Of a stretch of 64,000 nucleotides of DNA, positions 7,822 to 16,731 are shown piece by piece (within the stretch, counting starts at the first letter, position 1; each line of letters opens with the position of its first letter). The stretch comes from Blautia sp. HCP3S3_G3 (GTDB lineage: Bacteria; Bacillota; Clostridia; Lachnospirales; Lachnospiraceae). The notes below the pieces were generated by a model. The model was not told the DNA's origin. It was given only the letters and a program-made list of their open reading frames with translations, and ran no database searches. The DNA is taken from NCBI RefSeq assembly GCF_052063365.1, contig NZ_JBQHXR010000008.1, forward strand, positions 1-64,000, read 5' to 3'. A program made the position numbers and the translations under genes.

Positions 7822-8215
7822 AACAGTATTTTTGCTGTCTTCCCATTTATATTACCTCTTTTTTCCTCTGCTTACAAGCATTTTCTCCCAAAAAGTCGGT
7901 CAATCTCCTTTTCATCACACCCTACAAATGCCTAAATTTAAAGCTTTCCTATTATTTGCAAATAGAGGTCTGAGGTTGACCGACTTTTTCCTTCTTTCAA
8001 TTCCCTTTTTCTATATATTTTGCTCGATTTTTATAAAAAATCATCCCTTCCAAATAAATCCAATCTTCCCTCAAGCCTTGTTTTTCAAGCATTCGAAGCA
8101 CCTTTTAACTCTATATGAGGTTGACCGACTTTTTCCACACATTGTGTTCAGGAAATCGAAAATAGAAATATGTAATCTGAAAATAATATGAAATAAAGCC
8201 TAATTGTATTGTAAT
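7822..8215 (-). promoter_or_regulatory. CRISPR leader 1 (~390 bp, AT-rich). It contains three copies of a TTGACCGACTTTTT motif.
   Basis: ~95% identical to 9746-10115, which flanks array 2 on the same side. Motif copies at 7890-7903 (inverted), 7971-7990 and 8117-8136. Confidence 0.6.
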
Positions 8216-8221
8216 GGTAAC

Positions 8222-8262
8222 AGGCGGCAATGCTGTAGATTCGCATCGCCGCCTGCATTTTC
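8222..8262 (-). terminator. Hairpin (caggcggcaatgc...gcatcgccgcctg) just downstream of the GNAT gene stop. Candidate terminator.
   Basis: 13-bp stem with one mismatch, flanked by T-rich sequence on both strands. Confidence 0.4.
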
Positions 8263-8267
8263 GTTTA

Positions 8268-8894
8268 TCAGAAAATCTGACCTTCGAGTTTTAGTTTTTC
8301 TTTAGCAGGAAACTCTTTATCGAATTCTTCTGCTTTTTCTTCGTCCACAAAGTAGCATTCGGGTGGAGCGTACTCGCCGGTAATGCCATCAAGATAGCCT
8401 TCCTCCAACTCTTTACAGAGGAAGAACGATGCATCTGCGCCCTCGGGCAGTCCGTGGTACCGAATGCCGAATTTGCTTGCGTAATCAAAGCCGCTTTTAC
8501 CGTAGAAATCGATATTTCCCTCAAAGCAAAGCGCTTTGATGCCAAATTCTTTTGCGCGTTCTAAAGAATAATCCAGCAGTAATTTGCCGTAACCCTGTCG
8601 TTTCCATTCCGGCGCTATGCAAATCGGTCCCATTGCGGCAATGGGGATCTCCCTGCCGTCATCCGCCTTAATAACCGCTCGCACAAACACATTCTGTCCG
8701 ATGATTTTGCCGTCCTTTTCCAAAACGAACTTCAGTTCAGGAATGAAATCGGGGTAATTTCTCATTTGATTCAGAACATAATGCTCCAGACAGCCGGGAC
8801 GATAAACATTCCAAAATGCTTCTCTTACTAAATTCTCAACCTCTCGTTGTTCTTCTTTTCTTTCTAAACGAATTATAATGTCATTTTTATTCAT
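8268..8894 (-). CDS. GNAT family N-acetyltransferase
   Basis: Likely start MNKNDIIIRLERKEE with RBS AGGAGGAAAAACA. The acetyl-CoA-binding-type motif RQGYGKLLLDYSLERAKEFG (Q/RxxGxG/A) is present. The longer ORF-track start is probably spurious. Confidence 0.7.
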   Translation of the reverse strand: MNKNDIIIRLERKEEQREVENLVREAFWNVYRPGCLEHYVLNQMRNYPDFIPELKFVLEKDGKIIGQNVFVRAVIKADDGREIPIAAMGPICIAPEWKRQGYGKLLLDYSLERAKEFGIKALCFEGNIDFYGKSGFDYASKFGIRYHGLPEGADASFFLCKELEEGYLDGITGEYAPPECYFVDEEKAEEFDKEFPAKEKLKLEGQIF

Positions 8895-9115
8895 TGTTTT
8901 TCCTCCTGAAAATTGTTGACCGCAATATGGGAGGTTTGCGTGGAAATTGTATTTACGCCAACCTCCCGTCAGCGCACAATCTCCGGTTGCATGATTGTTT
9001 TCTTCAAAAAGCAATCTCCTTAAAATATTATTATAATCAAGCCTTTCGGCAGATTATCTGTGTATATACAAAATCAATTCGGGATCTGCACCGTTTTCGC
9101 TGTATGTGCAGATAA

Positions 9116-9144
9116 GAGTTTCGTGCCCCTGAACTCAATGTTTG
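9116..9144. repeat. 28-bp direct repeat agtttcgtgcccctgaactcaatgtttg, copy 1 (copy 2 at 10566-10593)
   Basis: Exact 28-bp match between the two loci. The two copies flank array 2, leader 2 and the Rpn fragment. Confidence 0.8.
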
Positions 9145-9305
9145 TTCGTAACATGAATGAACGCTAAATGCTACCTGAACACAATCTCCATGTATGGATC
9201 GGGATTTTAGCACAATATCCACCAAATCACCTAGTGGGATAGTGATTGCTGAATAGTTACAACATTACATACATTTAGAATATTTCCTCTTAATATTTGA
9301 ACTAC

Positions 9306-9745
9306 CTCATAGGTAAAGTATAACGTAATTCCGGCAATTGAAAATGCGTGGATTGTATAGTATCAATTCCTCATAGGTAAGGTACAACAATAGTTTCAAG
9401 AGCAAAAGATCAGCTGATCTCTCGTGTCAATTCCTCATAGGTAAGGTACAACATGCATTTTATCCCAGAAAGGACGGTGAAAAAGTATGACTAGTAAACA
9501 GTGTCAATTCCTCATAGGTAAGGTACAACTGGAACCGAAGGATCCGAATGCTGCTCCGCAGGGACAGGTGTGTCAATTCCTCATAGGTAAGGTACAACGT
9601 TTTTACTTCGAGCGTCGTGCGCTGATGATCGGTGGCGTGTCAATTCCTCATAGGTAAGGTACAACGGTTGAACCGAATTGCATTTATGTTCAAGCTCCAT
9701 ATTGAGTGTCAATTCCTCATAGGTAAGGTACAACAACAGTATTTC
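9306..9745 (-). CRISPR. CRISPR array 2: degenerate terminal repeat (9306-9335), one 1-mismatch repeat (9371-9399) and five exact 29-bp repeats. Spacers are 35, 35, 48, 40, 38 and 40 bp. Same repeat as array 1. Transcribed on the minus strand.
   Basis: Repeats at 9435-9463, 9512-9540, 9581-9609, 9648-9676 and 9717-9745. The degenerate repeats sit at the end opposite the conserved leader. Confidence 0.9.
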
Positions 9746-10115
9746 TGCTGTCTTCTCATTTATATTACCTCTTTTTTCCTCTGCTTACAAGCATTTTCTC
9801 CCAAAAAGTCGGTCAATCTCCTTTTCATCACACCCTACAAATGCCTAAATTTAAAGCTTTTCTATTATTTGCAAATAGAGATTTGAGGTTGACCGACTTT
9901 TTCCTTCTTTCAATTCCTTTTTTCTATATATTCTGCTCGATTTTTATAAAAAATCATCCTTTCCAAATAAATCCAATCTTCCCTCAAACCTTGTTTTTCA
10001 AGCATTCGAAGCACCTTTCTACTTTAAATGAGGTTGACCGACTTTTTCCACACATTGTGTTCAGGGATTGAAAATAAAAATATGCAATCTTAAAATAATG
10101 TGAAACAAGGGAACA
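9746..10115 (-). promoter_or_regulatory. CRISPR leader 2, near-identical to leader 1, with the same three TTGACCGACTTTTT motif copies
   Basis: Motif copies at 9803-9816 (inverted), 9885-9904 and 10031-10050. Similarity to leader 1 is lost after ~10115. Confidence 0.6.
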
Positions 10116-10173
10116 GAAACCTCGACTCAAAGAGTCAATGAGCCAAGTGATCCTGTCCCCTATTTCATATCTT

Positions 10174-10692
10174 TCATTTCTCATCTGTACTTTGAGCAGC
10201 CGCATTTTTAAGATAAAAGCGCAGAACATCAAGATCTTTTTCTTCAAAGATTTTTTCGCGTAGCTTTTCCGGTACTATTCCCAAATCAGATAACAGATCA
10301 ATAATATCTTCCGCTTTACCTTCCGCTTTTTCTTCATCGAGTATTTCTCTAAACTGCATATAGCGTCCCTCCATTTCACTGCTTTTTATGACATCCTCTA
10401 CCGCTTTCTGAAGACGATTAATAAAGTTATCCCGGCAGGCAGTGCCAGTATTACAGTGACCTGACTCAACATATTCCAGAAAATTTACAAGACCCTCGGA
10501 TACCTCTGCTTTATTCTTTCCCCTGGTGTTGAGGAAAATAGTGTGGCTACCGTCATTAAGACAGTAGTTTCGTGCCCCTGAACTCAATGTTTGGGATATT
10601 GTTTCCATTGCCGTCAGGTTCAAAGAATACCGGTGTATTATCAAAATGATTCTTAAGGATGTCCCGCTCTTCCAGTATTTCCAGCGTACCAT
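10174..10692 (-). pseudogene. Rpn-family (YhgA-like, PD-(D/E)XK putative transposase/recombination-promoting nuclease) C-terminal fragment
   Basis: NDGSHTIFLNTRGKNKAEVSEGLVNFLEYVE...RYMQFREILDEEKAEGKAEDIIDLLSDLGIVPEKLREKIFEEKDLDVLRFYL matches the conserved C-terminal region of TIGR01784/Rpn proteins. The N-terminal nuclease core is absent. The 28-bp repeat copy 2 lies at the homology boundary. Confidence 0.5.
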
Positions 10693-10905
10693 TTTCTCTT
10701 TCGGCTTTTGCTGTCTGCGTGCGAAGCGTAATCCTCTGAATCAGGGAATGCCTTCCGTCGCCCATAATTCCAAAAAAGATACAGGCGAATACGAAACCGA
10801 ATAAAAAGAGGGGGTTCCGGATTAAAATGACAGAAGGAACTGGACAGTAATGTGGCAGCTATCGTATAAAGCAGCGGTTCAGCCATCCATGGACGGGATG
10901 TTTTT

Positions 10906-11457
10906 TTACGCTCTTTTGATACAGCAATCCGTCCGGTCTGTTCCTTCCCTTGTCACGGTTCCATAGACGGGCCTGTATACAAGATAATAGGGGAGATAAT
11001 ATCCCTTAAAATTTCCCATGCCGGAAACGATACTTCTTCCTTCCGGTGTATTCTCATGCTGATGTCCCCAGTCCAGCATCCGCTTTCTTGCTTCCTCTTT
11101 TGTAATAAAAAATGGAATGATCAGATCCGGCATCTGTCTTTCATCGGTAAAGCTGTTATGAACCAGTTTGCTTCCGCAAAAATCGCATGTTACAGAAACC
11201 TCTCCTTCCGGAAAGATTACATGCGCTCCACAGGATGGACAGGTACATTCCTCAAATTGTTCGCTTTCTTCCGGTTTCATTGAATTCTGTTTCTGCAGTT
11301 CTCTCCAGTGAAGAACCTCATTTTTCGCTTCCTGAATCCCGGATTCTCTCCCGCAATGCGGACACCGATACGTCTGATGAAGGATATCAAACCCGGCAGG
11401 AGAACCACAATATTTACAGAAGATCCGAACCGGTTCCTTATGTATCATTTCAGACAC
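10906..11457 (-). CDS. Zinc-ribbon protein, C-terminally truncated paralog of the 363-aa gene at 17569-18660. Marks the island boundary.
   Basis: Double CxxC pairs (CKYCGS...CPHCG; CPSCG...CDFCGS) and PDLIIPFFITKEEARKRMLDWG parallel PDYVIPFKLDKKAAKEAYYKHL in the paralog. The homology stops ~180 aa before the paralog C-terminus. Confidence 0.5.
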   Translation of the reverse strand: MSEMIHKEPVRIFCKYCGSPAGFDILHQTYRCPHCGRESGIQEAKNEVLHWRELQKQNSMKPEESEQFEECTCPSCGAHVIFPEGEVSVTCDFCGSKLVHNSFTDERQMPDLIIPFFITKEEARKRMLDWGHQHENTPEGRSIVSGMGNFKGYYLPYYLVYRPVYGTVTREGTDRTDCCIKRA

Positions 11458-11579
11458 TTTTCCACCTCCCCGTTAAATTAATAATTCGGGTCCCAAAGGT
11501 CATGTTTTTTCATGCAAGAATGAAACACATGACCTTTTGACCTTTGTATCATAATAATGCACATAAGACATTACTTTCA

Positions 11580-13268
11580 TCAATACGGAAGGATGTCCAT
11601 CCAGTCGGGAGATCCGTCTTTTCTGTATGCGACAACAAAATGTCCTATTTCTGTTCCGCTGAAATAATTTACAACAATCACATTATCTTCAACGATGATC
11701 TCATATGGCCAGTAAACATCATTATTATCCGGATCTGCCCACCAGAGAATTGTTCCATCCTCAGCGATTGCAACAATTTCTGCTCCATAATAGCCTGCAG
11801 CATACATCGTTCCGTCTTCATCCGAGGCCAGGCACACAGAACCAGTAAGATGCAGCTCCTCGTAGGATCTTAACCATAATACTTCACCGGTTTCCATATC
11901 GATCATATGCAGTCCCTGAAGTGAATTGCCGATGATCACTCCCGGCCTCTCCCCTGTAACTGTAACAAAGGCATCTGTCGCAGTCAGTTCTGTAACCTCA
12001 TTGACCCCTGTTATATAACCCCAGAGCGGTTCATTTTCGCTGTTATAACAGCCGACACAAAGGGTTTCTCCGTTGTCATAGGAACGTACAGCTACGACAT
12101 GATACCGGTCATTACTGTAATTTAAAATTTCATTGCCTGAAGCCATAAGTTCCTCATAGTACAGAATACTATTGTAAAAATATCCGTTGTCACTATACCG
12201 GCTATCACCTTCCCCGGAATAAATTTCATCGCTGAAGTATTCCAGATAATCAGAAAGGACATAACCGTACAGACCATTATATTCTCCAAATACGAATTCA
12301 TCGGAATACCGCACACAATTGTGAACCAGAGCTCCAAGCGGGATTTTTATCAGACGATTGGAATTTACATCAGGATACTCTCTCAGTGACACCCATTCAT
12401 TGCAGTTCACAACCTTCATAATTGTAAGAATATTTTCTTCCCCTTCGTACTCTCCTTCATATTCCGCTTCTGTATCAATGCCATAGCCTTCCACCACGTC
12501 ATAGGTTGCGTCGTATACAAATGGAGCCTCCCATGGAACACTTATCGTTCCGTCATAAAGAGAGATCATCGGTACCCATGTCAATACTTCTCCCTGAGAA
12601 TCTTCAATGGTGACCTGACAGTCTGCGACGCATTCACTTACATTGCAGCGCAGGAGAATCGGTTCGCCGGAATCGCTGTGGTATAAAACCTCTCCTGCTT
12701 CGCCGCTGTAATTGTTGGATTCATCAATCATATATTCATGTACCGTCAAAGAAGCCTTTTCGTCACACGGATAAATACAGTAAAGTTCATTGCCTCCCTC
12801 AATCTCTACAATGTTTGCGTCAGGAATTGTTTTCAGAAACGTGCATTCTTCTGCACAGCCGCTTAAATCCAGCACCTCTTCCAGGTAAGCACTGTCGGAA
12901 GCGATGTTTCCCGCTCCTCCATTTACATATCCGAGAAAAAGTACACCGCAGATGCTGCCTGTATTTAATGCGGTCTGCCTGTGAAGGGACAGATTCCGGT
13001 ATTCTTCTGTTTCAACAGCAACAGTCGCTGTATCGACTGCACTGTCCGGTTCTGTCGTACTGTTCGTAACAGCTGAACCTTTCGTACCATTACTTACCTG
13101 TGCAAAAACGGAACTGATACACAGAATGCAGGAACCGATGAATACCCCTGTAAATATGAATATACTTTTGTGGGTTCTGTACCTGCTATTCCTTAAATCC
13201 ATACATAAACTCAAAAATCTGGTCATTTTACCTTTCCTTTCATGGTAAGCATCAAACATTATTCTCAC
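11580..13268 (-). CDS. Membrane-anchored or secreted protein with C-terminal beta-propeller-like repeats
   Basis: N-terminal hydrophobic segment IFIFTGVFIGSCILCISSVFA. Repeated DGT.LW/GEVLW motifs near the C-terminus. Confidence 0.35.
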   Translation of the reverse strand: MRIMFDAYHERKGKMTRFLSLCMDLRNSRYRTHKSIFIFTGVFIGSCILCISSVFAQVSNGTKGSAVTNSTTEPDSAVDTATVAVETEEYRNLSLHRQTALNTGSICGVLFLGYVNGGAGNIASDSAYLEEVLDLSGCAEECTFLKTIPDANIVEIEGGNELYCIYPCDEKASLTVHEYMIDESNNYSGEAGEVLYHSDSGEPILLRCNVSECVADCQVTIEDSQGEVLTWVPMISLYDGTISVPWEAPFVYDATYDVVEGYGIDTEAEYEGEYEGEENILTIMKVVNCNEWVSLREYPDVNSNRLIKIPLGALVHNCVRYSDEFVFGEYNGLYGYVLSDYLEYFSDEIYSGEGDSRYSDNGYFYNSILYYEELMASGNEILNYSNDRYHVVAVRSYDNGETLCVGCYNSENEPLWGYITGVNEVTELTATDAFVTVTGERPGVIIGNSLQGLHMIDMETGEVLWLRSYEELHLTGSVCLASDEDGTMYAAGYYGAEIVAIAEDGTILWWADPDNNDVYWPYEIIVEDNVIVVNYFSGTEIGHFVVAYRKDGSPDWMDILPY

Positions 13269-13381
13269 ATGTCTGATTTTTTATCATATCCATTATGATA
13301 AATAAATCAGTTCAGCCGGAGAATCAACTCCGGCTGAATCATTCAACTTAAGCATCCTTTTCACTCGAATCGATCTGCTTT

Positions 13382-16300
13382 TCAGGCGTCTCCTATTCGT
13401 TCGAACAATACCTTTTCTCCGTTTTCTTCCACACAGAGCATGCCATCTTCCGTCAATGTAAGAGTCTGGTTATCAATATGACCGATTCCGTTCTCGAATG
13501 TCCATGGGGCCTCCTTAACCTCTCCATTGTCCGTAATCTGTACGGTACCGTCTGCATTCAGTGTCATCTGCATTACCATGCCTAAATCAGCCAGATTTAA
13601 TTCCATATCTTCTGCTACAATTTTTACTGCATTCCATACACCTGTGAAAGAAGCCATATCTCCTCCCGCATCTGCACTTGGAGTCTGTCCCTCAGAAGAC
13701 GTTTCTTTCTCTTCATCCGGTGTTTCCTGAACGGCATCCTGTTTCTCTGTGCCTGCGTCAGGTTTCTCTGCTTTCTTCGCCGGTACCATACTGCTGTCAT
13801 ATGTCACATCATACGGGGACATGAGTTCTATTACATTCGGTTTTTCAGGATCCAAAACCGTGCAGTCTTCTTTTATTACGTGACTTTCATCCGCAACCGG
13901 TCCCAGATTTCCTTTTTCCCAGACACTGTAGAACGCTCCGAAGGCTTCATCTGATGCGGAAGCCGGAAGCTTCATAACAAGATCTGCAGCACAGTCTCCG
14001 GAGCAGCTATCCAGAGTATCAAACACTTCTGCATCGGTAAACTCAAAGCAGATGACAGACAGTGAAGTACAACCATAGAAAGCGCTGGCGGAGAAGCTTT
14101 CCACACCGTCACGAACATGGATTTCCTTCAGGTTTGTACATTCTCTGAAAGCAGTGGCGCCAATTTGTTTTGCATTGACTACCAACGATTCCATACCACA
14201 GCCTCTGAAGCAGTCTTCACCCACATAGTCTGTTTTTCCTTTGTACCATGCCTGAGTAAGTGAGCTGCAGCCATCAAATAAATAGTTGTCAAGCATTTTC
14301 GTTCCGTTTACAAAGACCACCGTTTTCAGTGACCGGTTGTTATAGAAAGTGCCTCTTCCGGTATTTTCAAGCGGTCCGTAACAGATCACCGTTTCAAGCT
14401 GCTGACAGTACTCAAAGGCAGAGTCTTCGATGTCTGTTACTGTTTCCGGAATCACAAGGGAACGAAGATGCAGCCAGTCATCCTGATTTGTATCCATTTC
14501 TGTATCTGTGTAATCACGGGCACATTCAAATGCATTCCTTGCGATCTTCTTTACTTCGACACCGCCGATCGTGCGCGGAATGACAACGTCGATATCTGTT
14601 CCGGTATACCCGGTGACGGTTCCTGTTTCCGCATCAAAGTCGAAATATTCTTCTGATGCAGGAATAAACGGCATTTTTGCAAACGCACTTTCTTCACTTT
14701 CACGTACGAGGGCATCATACCACGGATAATCCAGAACATCATTCCATGCGGCAAGCTGCTCATCTGTCGCATAATCACTCATTCGGATACCTTCAAGCCC
14801 GATTCCGGACAGTGCTTCCACATTTACTTCAAGATCTGCAGGAATCACCAGACTTGTGATCTGGGTTCCTTCAAAAGCACAGGCTCCGATCGAAGTAACA
14901 GATTCCGAAAGCGTTATTGCTTCCAGATTCTGACAATTTTTAAAGGCTCCGGCTCCGATTGTCGTAACAGAATCAGGAATCTTTATCTCTTTTAGATTCT
15001 GACAATTTTCAAAGGCTCCGGCTCCGATTGTAGTGACCGAATCAGGAATCTTTATCTCGTTCAGATTCTGACAATTACGGAATGCTCCATCTCCAATGGT
15101 TGTTACGGAATCAAACAGATCGACAGTTTCCACTACACTGTCTGCAAATGCTTCACTGCCGATATAAGTAAATACATCATTATACGGAACGGAAAAATAT
15201 TTTACCGTCTGATTGCCCTTAAATGCACCATCTGCCAGACCCGTCACCGGTTTATACTCGGAGCCGTCAACACTGTATTCGTCATATGGACGGATATTTG
15301 TCATTTCACCAGTGTAGCCTGTCATATAAAAGGATGCTCCGTCAGGACTTTCAATATAAGTGTCAAGATTATTGTCGCAATACTGAACATCCGGATTCTG
15401 GTTGCGCCATACGCGGCAGCTGAGTCCCAGATTATCTACGATCTGCTGAACATCCAGCATTTCCTGCTTCGTACATTTGGTATTCAGATCAATATTCGCG
15501 AGTAATGTGCATTCTGCAAATGCAGACTCCGCAATATACGGAAGCTCTGCTGCATCGATATAGACATAGCTTATGCTGCAGGATGCAAAAGCATTTTCTC
15601 CGATATACTTTACAGTAGAAGGCATATAAACCCTGTTCATCCACTGACAATTATAAAAAGCATTGTCACCAATATTGGTCAAACCTTCCGGCAGATTGAG
15701 TGAACCCTCAACAGCCGCATAAACAAATGCTTCATCTCCTATATATTCAAGACCTTCCGGAAGTTCCAGTGCAAACCCTCTGTAAGAATGGCAAAAAGCA
15801 CGATCCCCTACACTTTTCAGTGTAGATGGAATTTTTACATACAGCAGTGTCGCTGCGTCCATAAATGCTTCATCTTCAATTGTTGTCAGTCCTTCCGGAA
15901 GTGTTACATAGCAAAGATAACGATTTCCCTGAAAAGCATTGGGTCCGATGGAAGTGACCGGAACCCCGTCAATTGCTTCCGGTACATCCAGTCTTCCGGA
16001 AAAACCACTGTATTGGGTGATTGTGCCGGTTGCTGCGTCAAATGTGATATTTTCAAGGTCAGAGACCGGTTCCTGTCTGACTGCATTCTGGCCGCTTGAC
16101 TGTACACTTAACATGCTGCCGGCCGCTTCAAGAGCTGCAGTATAGGCTTCTACCTGGTCATCCGGAACATAGGCAACCGCATCCTGCGCAAGTTCTGTAA
16201 ATGCACCCGGAGCAATTACCGGACATTCGCCCTCGAACGTTACGGAAGTAATTCCGCTACAGAAACCGAACGCTCCTTTGTCAATATAGCATACTCCGGA

Positions 16301-16672
16301 TGGTATGATAATTTCTGTAAGTGCAGGATCACTGGCAAAACAATTCTGTCCGATAACAAGAAGGCTCTGCGGAAGAGAGACACTTGAAAGTGAACTGCAC
16401 CATCCTCCCGCGCTGTTTTCCAGTTGTTTCACTGTTTCCGGAAATGTAATGGATGTAATACTATCCACCCCGTTAAATGCATCTGATCCGATAATATCAA
16501 CCGTACATCCCTGGATGGTATCGGGTATCACGACGTCTCCGCCTGCACCGCTGTATCCGTCCAGTGTATAATCGACAGTATCAAATGACCATACAGATTC
16601 ATCCTCCGCCTGAACTGATACACTCAGCATTATCACCAGCAGGATCATCGGTATCCATAATTGTTTTTTCAT
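13382..16672 (-). CDS. Large secreted cell-surface protein with BspA-type leucine-rich repeats
   Basis: Signal peptide MKKQLWIPMILLVIMLSVSVQA. Many IPDSVTTIGAGAFENCQNLKEIKIP-type 23-aa repeats. Confidence 0.6.
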   Translation of the reverse strand: MKKQLWIPMILLVIMLSVSVQAEDESVWSFDTVDYTLDGYSGAGGDVVIPDTIQGCTVDIIGSDAFNGVDSITSITFPETVKQLENSAGGWCSSLSSVSLPQSLLVIGQNCFASDPALTEIIIPSGVCYIDKGAFGFCSGITSVTFEGECPVIAPGAFTELAQDAVAYVPDDQVEAYTAALEAAGSMLSVQSSGQNAVRQEPVSDLENITFDAATGTITQYSGFSGRLDVPEAIDGVPVTSIGPNAFQGNRYLCYVTLPEGLTTIEDEAFMDAATLLYVKIPSTLKSVGDRAFCHSYRGFALELPEGLEYIGDEAFVYAAVEGSLNLPEGLTNIGDNAFYNCQWMNRVYMPSTVKYIGENAFASCSISYVYIDAAELPYIAESAFAECTLLANIDLNTKCTKQEMLDVQQIVDNLGLSCRVWRNQNPDVQYCDNNLDTYIESPDGASFYMTGYTGEMTNIRPYDEYSVDGSEYKPVTGLADGAFKGNQTVKYFSVPYNDVFTYIGSEAFADSVVETVDLFDSVTTIGDGAFRNCQNLNEIKIPDSVTTIGAGAFENCQNLKEIKIPDSVTTIGAGAFKNCQNLEAITLSESVTSIGACAFEGTQITSLVIPADLEVNVEALSGIGLEGIRMSDYATDEQLAAWNDVLDYPWYDALVRESEESAFAKMPFIPASEEYFDFDAETGTVTGYTGTDIDVVIPRTIGGVEVKKIARNAFECARDYTDTEMDTNQDDWLHLRSLVIPETVTDIEDSAFEYCQQLETVICYGPLENTGRGTFYNNRSLKTVVFVNGTKMLDNYLFDGCSSLTQAWYKGKTDYVGEDCFRGCGMESLVVNAKQIGATAFRECTNLKEIHVRDGVESFSASAFYGCTSLSVICFEFTDAEVFDTLDSCSGDCAADLVMKLPASASDEAFGAFYSVWEKGNLGPVADESHVIKEDCTVLDPEKPNVIELMSPYDVTYDSSMVPAKKAEKPDAGTEKQDAVQETPDEEKETSSEGQTPSADAGGDMASFTGVWNAVKIVAEDMELNLADLGMVMQMTLNADGTVQITDNGEVKEAPWTFENGIGHIDNQTLTLTEDGMLCVEENGEKVLFERIGDA
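14880..15120. repeat. Near-perfect 69-bp tandem DNA repeats encoding LRR units inside the 1096-aa surface protein gene
   Basis: Consecutive ~69-bp units (ttctgacaattttcaaaggctccggctccgattgt...gaatcaggaatctttatctc) are almost identical. Confidence 0.7.
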
Positions 16673-16731
16673 ACTTTATTCCCTCCTGATCTTTCTTTCG
16701 CTGAAGACGTCCCGGAGGATTTCTGCAGTCA

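Noticed and set aside
7832-8191. 119-aa ORF (and the 76-aa ORF at 9841-10071) inside the CRISPR leaders
   Set aside because: They lie entirely within duplicated AT-rich leader DNA. They have low-complexity F/L/I-rich translation and no RBS. The two copies differ by frameshifts. Treated as non-coding leader.
10556-10886. 69-aa and 77-aa minus-strand ORFs upstream of the Rpn fragment as the missing Rpn N-terminus
   Set aside because: Translations show none of the PD-(D/E)XK/Rpn N-terminal motifs. They are more likely random ORFs in the junction region.
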